A DNA stretch of 60,242 bases from Eubacteriales bacterium (GTDB lineage Bacteria; Bacillota; Clostridia; Oscillospirales; CAG-272). The notes beneath the pieces are model-generated. The model searched no databases and was not told the origin of the DNA. It was given only the letters and a program-made list of their open reading frames with translations. Position 1 is the first letter of the stretch, and every line of letters starts with the position of its first letter. This document shows, piece by piece, positions 17,892 to 27,535 of this stretch. Made by a program: the position numbers and the translations under genes. The DNA lies in contig JAZLIW010000076.1 in NCBI GenBank assembly GCA_045617585.1, positions 1 to 60,242 of the forward strand. The letters are read 5' to 3'.

Positions 17892-18320
17892 TCACGACTG
17901 AATCGTACGGAGACTGCCGGATCATGACTGACGACGTATCAGCAGAATCACCGGGGAGGGCGATCGTATTCCGATGAAAAAGAAAGAGTATCTCATATAC
18001 GGTCTTTCCCGTATCGTTTTTGGGTGGATTCAATTCCATGATATCGCAATCCGGCAGAAATGTATTTGGTCAGGTGTTATGATCGGATAGGTCTGCGTGG
18101 GTATGGCGGTTTTATACGTGGACGGAAGCGGTTATTTGCCTTTCAGAATAAACAAAAAACACATTCATAACGACCATCCGGGAATTGATGCATTGGGATT
18201 TGCCGTCGTGCTGTGTCTATTCGTGCTGGCACGTCGATAGTAAACTTTGGCTTTGAAAACGGCATAAAATCCGTTCCGCTTTACGCGGCTTTCTGCATCG
18301 TATGAAAGAACGCAATATGG

Positions 18321-18370
18321 AAAAAGAGATACCGGGAAAAGCATTTCTGCTGCTCCCGGTATCTCTTTTT
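18321..18370. terminator. Bidirectional terminator
   Basis: AAAAAGAGATACCGGGA / TCCCGGTATCTCTTTTT 17-bp arms between convergent genes. Confidence 0.8.
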
Positions 18371-18407
18371 GATTCCGTAAACGATGGCCGCGTTTCCGCT
18401 CCGCGGA

Positions 18408-20882
18408 TCAATCGAGCTTGACGCCCGCGTTTTTCTGCGCTTCGCCGACCGACGCGGTCTTCTGCGTCTGCGCCGTAAGCGCGTGTTCCTTCATCATTTC
18501 GTTTCTCGTCTCGATCCCGCGGTTGATCTCGTGAAACACCTCGTTTTCCTCGTGCGTCATCGGCAGATAGCCGACGCCGGAGGAGGCAAGATGGCGGTCT
18601 TCCTTTTTGATGAGCGCGTCCGCTTCCTGCAGACGTTCCTCCGCCTGCTTCGTGAATTCGACCAGGCGCTTCGCGAAGTCGAGGCGGTACGAACGCATTT
18701 TGGACGGGATCGGACGGATCTGCGTGTTCTTCGCATCCAGATACGCCTGCGCCGCGTCGTGGACCCGCTTCATCTGATACTTATAGTCCTGAAGAGAAGA
18801 CGTTCCGTTCCCCTGCCCGTACAGCTTTTCGAGCTCTTCCTGCATGGCGACGAAATGAGTACGGTTGTTATGCTTCGGGTCCTTGACGCACTGGATCGTT
18901 TCGCGGAAGGACGCAACGGAGGCGTCGATCGCGAGGCGGGCTTTCCGGAACGGATCGGTCCCGATCCTGCCGGATTCGGTGATTTTGACGCGGTCCCGCA
19001 GCGTGTCGTTCCGGTGCTTCAGGTCCCCGTGCTTTTCATACACTTTTTCAAACGTTTTGATATCGGCAGCAGCCTTCGTATGGATCCGTTCCTTCGCCTT
19101 GCGCTCGTCCTCAAACGACTGCAGCTTCTTCCCCGCTGCCTCCGCACGGTCGCTTGCCGCGATCTTGGCGTCTCTTGCCTTTTCAAACGATTCCCTCAGG
19201 AAAGCAAGATGGTTGGTGCGTTCTTCTTTTTCGGTGACGAGACCGTTGCGCTTTCCGATCAGCGCCGCGATCTGCGCGTCGGAGGTCTCACGCGCCGCAC
19301 GTTCCTTCAGCGCGTCCGCTTCCTTCTGCAGCGCTTCTCTTCTCCGGGTCAGCTCTTCCCTCTCGGCGGCGGCTTCCCTTTCGCTCTTTTCGACGTACTC
19401 GATCATGCTTTTTTTCTTTTCCAGGTTTTCGTAGCTGTACTGCATGAGATGCACGGTGCCGGTGATCTCCTTCACGTCCGCGCCCTCGGGCAGTCTTTCC
19501 AGCGTATGGCGCTTCGAGTTGTCGATCCGGAGCGTGGCTGCCTGCAGGATGGAGTAGATCTCGGCGGGAGATCTGACGTCGCTGTCGGAAACGATCGGCT
19601 TGTCTTCCTCCGTGACGCTGCCGATCGCCGTCAGGCGGTCCTTGATGCTCTGATATTTTTCGTACAGATTCACGTCCGCGACCAGCTCCATGTTCGGATG
19701 GAGCTCCCGGTACTGACGCAGCATCTCGGGCGTCATGGTCCCGACCCATTTTTTGCCGTTTGCGATCTTTTCTTCAAACGCGGCGGGCGTCATCTTGTCC
19801 AGACCGTTTTCCTGATAGAATTCGTTGAATTCCTTCATCAGCCCCGTGACTTCTTCCTCACGGAGAAGGAGGCGGGCGTAGCGCTTCGTCGCGTTGATCC
19901 GGGCGGTCTCCGCCTTGCTGGCGAAGAACGGGACGGACGCGTTCGCTGCCGACTCGATCTTTGCGCGGTCGTCACGGTAACCCTGCTCGATCGTCGCCTT
20001 CGATTCCGCCAGCTGTCGGATCGCTTCCGCATTCTTTTCAAGATCACCGTCCAGTGCCGCGATCTGCCCGAGCTTTTCCTCACGTTCCCCGTTCAGACGC
20101 GCGGCAGCGCCGTCGATCTGCTCCGCGGACGCTCTCACTTCTTCGATCCTGTCGTCGATCTCTTTGATCTCACGCTCTTTTTCTTCAAGAAAAGTCTCCG
20201 CTTCCGCGATGCCGCGGTGGAACGCGGGGAGATCGCCGGCATACGCCACGGCAGCCTTGTGCGCCTCGTCCTTAAGACGCTCGACCTCGCCGGTCGCCTT
20301 ATATTCGTCGTAAAGTCTCGCGCATTCCTTCTCTTCCTTCGCGCTGGTCTGCTCGGTGCGGTACATTTCGGCAGCGCTGCCGTAGTTCAGCTTTTCGGGA
20401 ACGGAATACACCTGCTTCCGGTACTCCAGCGCCTCCGCGTCGTACACGTTCAGGTCGTCTTCGATCGCGGAAAGCTCGCTCTTGCTCTCCATCGCACGCG
20501 CCGTGTGACGGAGATCCGCCACCGTGCTCGCCGCGGACCACAGCGCACGGAAATCGTCGTCGCTCAGATCCCGGCTCAGCTCCGCTTTTTCTTCCTCGTT
20601 GATGCCGACGGCGTAGATCATCCCGTCGTTCATGTGCTCAATGCAGCCGCAAAGGTCTTCCCACGCGCGCTCCGCGTCCCCGACAGGGGCGTTCTTGTCG
20701 TGCAGGACGTCAAAGCATCTCTCCATCTCTTCAAAGCGGTCGGACACGTTCGCAAAAGCGGCGTGATGCTTATGCTTGCCCATATTCTTTTTGATCTTCG
20801 ACTCGTACCCGGCACGGGCAGCGTTGATCTTCTCTTCCAGTGCGTTCAGTTCCTCGGGGAATTCCTTATATTTCGGCAGCAT
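18408..20882 (-). CDS. Hypothetical coiled-coil protein (824 aa)
   Basis: E/K/A-rich helical sequence, RBS GAGAGGA; no signal peptide, TM or NTPase motif seen. Confidence 0.8.
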   Translation of the reverse strand: MLPKYKEFPEELNALEEKINAARAGYESKIKKNMGKHKHHAAFANVSDRFEEMERCFDVLHDKNAPVGDAERAWEDLCGCIEHMNDGMIYAVGINEEEKAELSRDLSDDDFRALWSAASTVADLRHTARAMESKSELSAIEDDLNVYDAEALEYRKQVYSVPEKLNYGSAAEMYRTEQTSAKEEKECARLYDEYKATGEVERLKDEAHKAAVAYAGDLPAFHRGIAEAETFLEEKEREIKEIDDRIEEVRASAEQIDGAAARLNGEREEKLGQIAALDGDLEKNAEAIRQLAESKATIEQGYRDDRAKIESAANASVPFFASKAETARINATKRYARLLLREEEVTGLMKEFNEFYQENGLDKMTPAAFEEKIANGKKWVGTMTPEMLRQYRELHPNMELVADVNLYEKYQSIKDRLTAIGSVTEEDKPIVSDSDVRSPAEIYSILQAATLRIDNSKRHTLERLPEGADVKEITGTVHLMQYSYENLEKKKSMIEYVEKSEREAAAEREELTRRREALQKEADALKERAARETSDAQIAALIGKRNGLVTEKEERTNHLAFLRESFEKARDAKIAASDRAEAAGKKLQSFEDERKAKERIHTKAAADIKTFEKVYEKHGDLKHRNDTLRDRVKITESGRIGTDPFRKARLAIDASVASFRETIQCVKDPKHNNRTHFVAMQEELEKLYGQGNGTSSLQDYKYQMKRVHDAAQAYLDAKNTQIRPIPSKMRSYRLDFAKRLVEFTKQAEERLQEADALIKKEDRHLASSGVGYLPMTHEENEVFHEINRGIETRNEMMKEHALTAQTQKTASVGEAQKNAGVKLD

Positions 20883-20977
20883 TTTTTCGTTCCTCTCATT
20901 TCGTCGTCGTTTTTCCGTTCTGACCTTAATACTCCGGCGGGCAGGAAAATATTACGTATCCCGCCGGTTTTTTTGCT

Positions 20978-22081
20978 TTATTCCTTCCCGTCCGGGTCCC
21001 GGTTTTCGGTCTCCGCGGGGTTCCCGCCGATCCGGATCACGGGACTGCCGCCCGGCATTCCGGAGGGAGTCGGCACCGTTCCCGCCTTCGCGGGATACGG
21101 GACGAGCTGCTTCTCTTTCACCGGCTTGACGAGGAACAAAAGCACGGCGAGCGCCGCAAGCTCAACGAAGGTATCGAGCAGACCGCCCTCCACGCCGAAG
21201 ACGCCGCCGGTCAAGAGAGGCGATTCGTCGTTCAGCAGCGTCAGAAGCGGCGTCGCGCCGTTTGCGACCCCGGTCCCGCTGACCGAAACGCCGAAGATAT
21301 TGCCCTGAATGAAATTCCAAAAGGTGTGCAGCGCGCAGGCGCCCCAAAGATTCCCCCGTTTCACGACGTAAACCGAAAAGACGACGCCGCAGAGGAAGAT
21401 ATTGAAGAGCGCGAGGAGGTTCATCCCCGGATTCATCAGGTGCAGCGCGGCAAACGCCGCGGAGTTCAGCACGATCGCCAGCCATACCGGATTCTTTCTT
21501 GCGATGGAAACCATCAGGTATCCGCGGCACAGGACCTCTTCACTCATTCCCTGCAGGACGTAACCGAAGAAATACGCAAGGATCATCGGCACCGAAAAGC
21601 TTTCCGCCGCCTCGATCCGGTAGATCCCGAACGCCGCACCCAGCCCGAGCGCGGACGCGATCATCGCGGCTCCCACGAGCGCGCCGACGGCATATTCCCG
21701 GAGGATATGCCCTCTCCGGAAGCCCATCGACGTCAGGCGCCGCTTTTCGATCACCCGGCAGAAGAAGATCGTTCCCGCGGTCATCAGAACGGTGGAATAC
21801 AGCTGGACCAGCATCAGCCAGTTCGGCATTGCGCCCATCAGGACCTCAACGGCCTCCATATAGCCGTTCAGGTCCCCGTGCATCAGTGCTTCACTCAAAC
21901 CGCGGATGAAGCCCGGATCGCGGAACATCCATAGAAACGTCCCGATCGTTACGGGGATCGACTCAAACGTCGTGACGCCGATGAACACCCCAGCAAAGAT
22001 CAATAGCTCCAGATACCAGGAGCGTCCGGCGGAGGTCGCCCTCGCTTCGTCCATCATATCGGGATGACCGAGTTTTTTCAT
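20978..22081 (-). CDS. CPBP/CAAX-family intramembrane metalloprotease
   Basis: EEVLCRG, FAALH and HTFWN motifs; multi-TM. Confidence 0.92.
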   Translation of the reverse strand: MKKLGHPDMMDEARATSAGRSWYLELLIFAGVFIGVTTFESIPVTIGTFLWMFRDPGFIRGLSEALMHGDLNGYMEAVEVLMGAMPNWLMLVQLYSTVLMTAGTIFFCRVIEKRRLTSMGFRRGHILREYAVGALVGAAMIASALGLGAAFGIYRIEAAESFSVPMILAYFFGYVLQGMSEEVLCRGYLMVSIARKNPVWLAIVLNSAAFAALHLMNPGMNLLALFNIFLCGVVFSVYVVKRGNLWGACALHTFWNFIQGNIFGVSVSGTGVANGATPLLTLLNDESPLLTGGVFGVEGGLLDTFVELAALAVLLFLVKPVKEKQLVPYPAKAGTVPTPSGMPGGSPVIRIGGNPAETENRDPDGKE

Positions 22082-22120
22082 GCGTTTTCTCTCTTTCTGA
22101 TATTGATCGGTCCTTACGAA

Positions 22121-22158
22121 AAGGCTTCCGCCCCGGGATACCCGGCAGCGGAAGCCTT
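22121..22158 (-). terminator. Hairpin terminator after the lipoprotein gene
   Basis: AAGGCTTCCGC...GCGGAAGCCTT arms with inner CCGGG/CCCGG. Confidence 0.6.
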
Positions 22159-22175
22159 CGCAGGCCCTTTGGCGG

Positions 22176-24623
22176 TCAGTCGAACGAAACGCTCTTCCCT
22201 TCCGTGTTTTTGCCGAGGTCGATCTCCGCGTGCTTCTGATAGGAATAGCCGTTCATCAGCAGGACGCAGTCGATCATCGTCGCGCAGCCGAACATCGCGG
22301 GACGGACGCCCGTTCCGATCGGAGCGCCCTTGGAAACGTCGTAGTTTTCGGAGAGCATCCCGCAGACGCAGATATCGCGCGCGTAGATCTCCGCAAGGCT
22401 GTACGCCTCGGTCTTCTTGCCGTATTTCGCAAGTCCGAGGATCGCGGACGCCTGCTCCGGGTGCTTGACGGTCACGAAGCCGGCAAGCGGGCTGTCGATA
22501 TTATATTCTCTCTTGAATCGGTCGTAAATGATCTTCGAGTGTTCCTCGTCGATCCCGTCGATCAGGAGCCCCTTGGTGATCCAGATCGTGTTGCCGAAGC
22601 TGCGCGCGAAGGTCTTTTTATTGCAGTACTGGTACGTCTGATCGCCGTCGAAACACCACTGATAGTACATTCCGAGGAAATCGTCGTGCTTCTTCGCCCA
22701 GGCGGCCTTGTCGTCCGTCTTTCCGAGTGCCTCCGCGATCAGCTCCATGTATTCGATATCAACGAGTGCCGAGACGACGAAATCCGCGTCGGCGGAATTG
22801 ACGTCGTTCGTCTGCTGGAAGATCCAGCGTGGGTTTTCGATCCGCCAATCCAGATAGCGGCCGATCCCGTCGTAGACGCCGGCGAGGCGTTCCTTGTTCC
22901 CGGTCAGATCGTACAGCAGCCACGCGGTATGCGCCTTTTCGGACGGGAGCGACTCACCGCCGAGCATCCCTTCGTCATCCACGAGGGAGATCATGCCCTC
23001 GAGCGCCGCCCACGCGGTTTCGGGATCGACGTAACCGAGCAGCTGCATCCCGAAGAAGCTCTCCCACGAGGCGGAATACGCGGATTTCGGATCACCGTAC
23101 GCCCACATTCCCGGCTTTCCGCAGCAGGCCTGCGGATAATCGTAACCGATCTCGGGATTTTCGGGGAGGACGTTCTGCATCAAGAAGACCCAGGCGATCT
23201 CGTACATCTGCTCCATCTTCTTTGCCGTGGTACCCTGCGGCTTGACGAGGTCCAGATCAAAGTCGGAAGGCATCGGGATCTTGTTCAGCAGGTCGATATA
23301 ATATTCCGCCAGCTTGTTGCGTGCGGCTTCCGCGGCGTTCTCAGCGTTTACCGCGTTCGTCGCGTTTTTCATGACCTCGCTCTTCTTTACTGCATCGGAA
23401 TGCAGAGAGAACGCGATGGTCACGCTGTCGCCCGGCTTCATATCCGCAAAGGAGAATTCCGCGAATTTCGCTTTGGAAACGTCCGTCAGTTCGCCGACGC
23501 CCGCCTTGAGCATCGTGGCGTCCCCGAAATAACGGAGAGCGGCCTTGCGGTCGGTCTTGATCGCATAGGAATACGTTCCGCAGTCCACGGTCACCCCGCC
23601 GCCGGTCACGGTCGTAACACCGGTCAGCCCCGCGGCGATGCGGACCATCGGCCCTTCGATCAGCGTGATCTTACGGAGCACGGTATCCGGGTCAGCAAAG
23701 GTATCGAAGCCCTCGATCTTCGTGCCGTTTTCGTATTTTGCGCTGAAGGTCAGACATTCAGGCTGCCAGCCGGTCTTATAGGAGACGGCGTCCGTCTTCA
23801 CGTCGGGAAGCGACATGATATCCATACGGCTGACCGTGACCGTCTTGTCAAACCCGATCTCAAAGATCTTGATCACGCCCTTGAAGTTGTCCTCTCTTCC
23901 GAGCATCGACGCAAGGTCCAGGGAGAAGGTCCCGGTCTTTGCGGTATCGCCGATCAGCGTGATATCCTGACTGCCGTTCTCACAGATCTTCAGTGCCCAG
24001 CTCGCTTCGCTCTCCTCAACGGTCAGCGTCAGCGTCGGATGGACGGAAAGATCGAGATTCACGGGCATCGACGCGTACTGCCACGGTTCCATCGCACCGG
24101 AAAGGACCTTGATCGTAAGGCATTCACCATCCGCATTCAGCTCGGTCCGGTTGCCGCCGCTCTTGGACCACGTCTTGACGTCGTCGAAATCGGCGGCAAA
24201 CAGATATTCCGGTTCCGCTCCGCCCGTACCCGCGTCGGAGCAGAGCGTCAGGATATCTTCGAGCCAGACGCCGGTACCGGACGTCGTATAGGGATCGAGA
24301 TATCCCACGTTCAGCGGAACGGACGGGCGGTCGCTGTAATCCGAGTGTGTCAGCTCGTTCCCGGCGTTGAAGTTATAGGGGTTGAGAACAAGCCGGGAAT
24401 AGGGAACGCTCATCCATCTCTGGGAGTTCCTTCCGGTCTGCGCCAGTTTGCTCAGGTCGATATTTCTTTTGTTCACGTTTTTATCCTCCTCCGTTTCCGC
24501 GGGTCCCGCGGTTCCTTCCGTTTGTTCCGGTCCCGCAGGTCCCTCCGGCTTGCAGGAAGCAAGCGATGAGACGAGCGTCAGGACCGCGAGAATCAAACCA
24601 AGAACTCTGATTCGTTTTTTCAT
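22176..24623 (-). CDS. Lipoprotein, probable (alpha/alpha)6 glycoside hydrolase (GH63/MGH1-like) with beta-sandwich insert
   Basis: Lipobox LASC; C-terminal ASWESFFG, AWLLYDLTGNKERL, YLDW, LSENYD typical of six-hairpin glycosidases; family uncertain. Confidence 0.6.
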   Translation of the reverse strand: MKKRIRVLGLILAVLTLVSSLASCKPEGPAGPEQTEGTAGPAETEEDKNVNKRNIDLSKLAQTGRNSQRWMSVPYSRLVLNPYNFNAGNELTHSDYSDRPSVPLNVGYLDPYTTSGTGVWLEDILTLCSDAGTGGAEPEYLFAADFDDVKTWSKSGGNRTELNADGECLTIKVLSGAMEPWQYASMPVNLDLSVHPTLTLTVEESEASWALKICENGSQDITLIGDTAKTGTFSLDLASMLGREDNFKGVIKIFEIGFDKTVTVSRMDIMSLPDVKTDAVSYKTGWQPECLTFSAKYENGTKIEGFDTFADPDTVLRKITLIEGPMVRIAAGLTGVTTVTGGGVTVDCGTYSYAIKTDRKAALRYFGDATMLKAGVGELTDVSKAKFAEFSFADMKPGDSVTIAFSLHSDAVKKSEVMKNATNAVNAENAAEAARNKLAEYYIDLLNKIPMPSDFDLDLVKPQGTTAKKMEQMYEIAWVFLMQNVLPENPEIGYDYPQACCGKPGMWAYGDPKSAYSASWESFFGMQLLGYVDPETAWAALEGMISLVDDEGMLGGESLPSEKAHTAWLLYDLTGNKERLAGVYDGIGRYLDWRIENPRWIFQQTNDVNSADADFVVSALVDIEYMELIAEALGKTDDKAAWAKKHDDFLGMYYQWCFDGDQTYQYCNKKTFARSFGNTIWITKGLLIDGIDEEHSKIIYDRFKREYNIDSPLAGFVTVKHPEQASAILGLAKYGKKTEAYSLAEIYARDICVCGMLSENYDVSKGAPIGTGVRPAMFGCATMIDCVLLMNGYSYQKHAEIDLGKNTEGKSVSFD

Positions 24624-24658
24624 TGCGGCGCACTCCTTTTTGTATTCTTACTATCTTA

Positions 24659-24687
24659 TTTATAGCATATTTGAGGCCGTTTGTCAA
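24659..24687 (-). promoter_or_regulatory. Sigma-A promoter
   Basis: TTGACA-17 bp-TATAAA with extended TG. Confidence 0.7.
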
Positions 24688-25847
24688 TTCAAACTGAAAA
24701 GACCTTGCCGATCATTCCTTTTTTCATGCCCGTTTTCACCGAGCACGGTGCGGTACGCCCGCATCGCGTCGTCCGCCATCCGGCGCACCGTGAAGCGGTT
24801 CAGGATCACGGAACGGTTATACGCTCCCATTTCCGCCCGTTCCTCCGGTGAAAGCGTGAAGATATGATAGATATCGTTCGTTATTTCTTCGTTCGTCGGG
24901 GAAGCGTTGAGGCAGCAGAAGTTCGTTGCCTCCGCCCGGCGTCTTTTTGCCTCGCTCATAACGCCGAGATACCCCCGGGGACCCAGCAGAAGAACGGGGC
25001 GCGCGCAGCTCATCGCCTCCATCGCAGACCGGGAGACGCCGACCATCAGATCAAAGAGCCTCAGAACCCGCTCCACGTCGGTCCTTCCGCCGGTCAGTAC
25101 GACCGCCCGGCGCCCGAGGGAAATGTTGATCTCCCGTGCCCGCCGCCGGAACACCTCAGCATCCGTGCCGTCCCCGCAGATCACGAGCTCCGCGCCCGGG
25201 ATCGCCGCCGCGAGAACGGAGAAGAGCGAAAGGAGCCGGTTGGCGGCTGTATCCGCGTCGGGATCGAGACGGGAGACCGTGCCGATCCGGAACGGCGCGT
25301 TTTCCTTCAGCCCGAGCGAAGCAAGCAGCGTCCGGTCGGGAGGAGCGGGGGAAAAACGGTCCGTATCGATCCCGTTCACGGTGTTTTCCACAGCCAGTGG
25401 GGAAACTCCGTATTCCCGGATCAGGTAGGACCGGATCGGTGCGGAGACCGCAAGCGTCCGTTCTCCCCAGACTGCAAGCCGCCGCAGCACGGGATCGACC
25501 CGGAACTGCAGATGTGCCGTCGTCACGAGCGGAAGGGAAGGATCGACGGCGTTCCGCGCCAGGGAAACGAGGAACGCGGGATACCGCGCGTGGGCGTGGA
25601 TCACGTCGAACCGGCCCCGCCGCAGGATCCGTAAAAGCATCGGATACGCCTTCGGCGCGTCGGTCCGGCGCCAAAGGGGAACGGTGAAATGCCGGATCCC
25701 CTGCTTTTTCAGCATTTCCGCGTATTTTCCGCCCGCGGAGACGACCGTGACCTTATTTTCGCGTCGTTTCAGCTCCCGCGCCAGCTCGTAAATATGCGTT
25801 TCGGCACCGCCGGGCTCCATCCGGGCGGTCACCAGCAGGATCCGCAT
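24684..25847 (-). CDS. Glycosyltransferase family 4 (GT-B)
   Basis: GGAETH, IHAHAR, NGIDTDRF, EAMSCARPV; RBS AAAGGAGA before ATG 25847. Confidence 0.9.
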   Translation of the reverse strand: MRILLVTARMEPGGAETHIYELARELKRRENKVTVVSAGGKYAEMLKKQGIRHFTVPLWRRTDAPKAYPMLLRILRRGRFDVIHAHARYPAFLVSLARNAVDPSLPLVTTAHLQFRVDPVLRRLAVWGERTLAVSAPIRSYLIREYGVSPLAVENTVNGIDTDRFSPAPPDRTLLASLGLKENAPFRIGTVSRLDPDADTAANRLLSLFSVLAAAIPGAELVICGDGTDAEVFRRRAREINISLGRRAVVLTGGRTDVERVLRLFDLMVGVSRSAMEAMSCARPVLLLGPRGYLGVMSEAKRRRAEATNFCCLNASPTNEEITNDIYHIFTLSPEERAEMGAYNRSVILNRFTVRRMADDAMRAYRTVLGENGHEKRNDRQGLFSLN

Positions 25848-25959
25848 CCCGTTCTCCTTTCCGCCATTTTTCGTTTTCGTTCTCATTCCGGTCTCCTTCT
25901 TTGTAAAAAAGCGGTGCGGAAATCCTTCGGGGTCTCCGCACCGCGCTGTCCTGCCGTTT

Positions 25960-26904
25960 TTATGAGTTTTCCGGCGTCAGAACGATCTTGCCGTTTTCAA
26001 AAACGCCTTCGTACGTTCTTCCGTCTGCCCAACGGTAGATCCCTCTGCCGGTGATCAGACCGTTTTTCATTTCTCCTGTATAGGTATCCTTGCTTTCCGC
26101 CCACGTATAGGTCCCGGTCCCGGTGATCGCGCCCTCGGTGAACTGACCGACGTACGTATCCCCGTTCGGGAAGGTGAACGTGCCCTGACCGTCTCTCAGG
26201 TCGTTTTTATAGCTGCCGTCGTAGGTATATCCGTCGGCCGTAGCATAGAAGCCGCTGCCCTCGCGGACGTCGTTGACCCACGTGCCGCTGTAACTGGAGC
26301 CGTCCGCCCAGGTGAACACGCCGCTGCCCTGTTTTTTGCCGTCGACCAGTGCGCCCTCGTATTTATCGCCGTTTGCGAAGGTAAAGACACAGTTTCCGGT
26401 CATTTTGTCGTTCACGAAGGTCCCTTCGTAAACGTCGCCGTTGGACAGGGTCAGTTTTCCGGTCCCGTTGCGCATCATATTCACGAGTTTGCCCTCGTAG
26501 ACCGTTCCGTCAGCGTATTCGATCCGGTCCTCTCCCGTGATCTTCGCCTTGCTGCCGCCTGCATAGTAGATCGTACCGGATACGGGCTCACCGTCCTTGT
26601 TCACCTTTCCGGAGAACGTGACCGACTCCCCGTTGTCAAAGGAGATCTTTTCATACCGGTACCCCGAAACGCGGAGCCCGATCAGCGTGGCGATCACGAG
26701 CACCAGCGCGATCGCGAGCAGGATCACGACGATCTTGCCGCCCGAGCTGTGCCGCTTTGCGAGCTTCTTTTTCTTTCTTTTCACCGGCTGGGCGGTCTGA
26801 GAACGTGCCGCCGTGTTCTGCGTCGGTCTTCTCTGACCGTTCTGCGCCGACGTGCCGTTCGCCCGGGTCCCGCCCGTGCTTTGATTTCTCGGCTGCTGAT
26901 TCAT
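25960..26904 (-). CDS. Membrane-anchored MORN-repeat protein
   Basis: Basic/polar N-terminus, one TM, tandem YEGxxxxGxxxGxGxxxxxxG repeats. Confidence 0.9.
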   Translation of the reverse strand: MNQQPRNQSTGGTRANGTSAQNGQRRPTQNTAARSQTAQPVKRKKKKLAKRHSSGGKIVVILLAIALVLVIATLIGLRVSGYRYEKISFDNGESVTFSGKVNKDGEPVSGTIYYAGGSKAKITGEDRIEYADGTVYEGKLVNMMRNGTGKLTLSNGDVYEGTFVNDKMTGNCVFTFANGDKYEGALVDGKKQGSGVFTWADGSSYSGTWVNDVREGSGFYATADGYTYDGSYKNDLRDGQGTFTFPNGDTYVGQFTEGAITGTGTYTWAESKDTYTGEMKNGLITGRGIYRWADGRTYEGVFENGKIVLTPENS

Positions 26905-26980
26905 TGTAGTTTCCCGTTGCTTTCGCGCGGGCGAAAGCTCCTTTCTCTGAAATGCGTAAAACGACCGGAAAGGAAGCGGC

Positions 26981-27460
26981 TCACTCGCCTCTTACCATAT
27001 CCGTGAAATTCTTCACAAGCTGAAGCATATCAGGCATCAGCGCACGGATGATCAGGATCATGACCGCAAACAGGATCACGGCAAGAAAAACCGTGAAGAT
27101 CGAGGTCCCGTTGTTGTCGTATTGCAGCGCCGCCCGCGGATATTTCTCCTCCGGGAGGTAAAACGCCGTTTCATCCGTCACTTTGGCGTCCTCTTCCACC
27201 GAAAGAACGACTTTTCTGAGCCCGGAGCCGCGCCGCAGCGCGAACCGGATCAGAAAGTTCTTCTGCAGTCCCATCTGCGTCAGAGTCATTGCGGTCGACG
27301 GATCCGTCGATTTTTCATCAAACAGCTTCCGGACCACGGCGCCACCGATCTTCTTGTTGTAAAAGATCGCGAGCGCGCCGATCACGATGCCGATAAACAT
27401 GGACCACAGTACGAGGTCCAGCGACATATCCGCTTCGGTCAGTAATTTCGTTAAATTCAT
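26981..27460 (-). CDS. Hypothetical membrane protein
   Basis: Two hydrophobic helices flanking a soluble segment; same strand as and downstream of serS; start probably ATG 27460. Confidence 0.7.
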   Translation of the reverse strand: MNLTKLLTEADMSLDLVLWSMFIGIVIGALAIFYNKKIGGAVVRKLFDEKSTDPSTAMTLTQMGLQKNFLIRFALRRGSGLRKVVLSVEEDAKVTDETAFYLPEEKYPRAALQYDNNGTSIFTVFLAVILFAVMILIIRALMPDMLQLVKNFTDMVRGE

Positions 27461-27535
27461 TTGGACCGTATCTTTCCGGCGGTTCAGGCCGCCCCGGTAC
27501 GGAGTACCGTACACCGGGATACACCCGGATTTGTG

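Noticed and set aside
17974-18240. Small ORF(s) in the AT-richer spacer after the LRR gene (MKKKEYLIYGLSRIVFGW...)
   Set aside because: Only about 38 codons with no recognisable motif; it may be a gene remnant but I cannot support a call.
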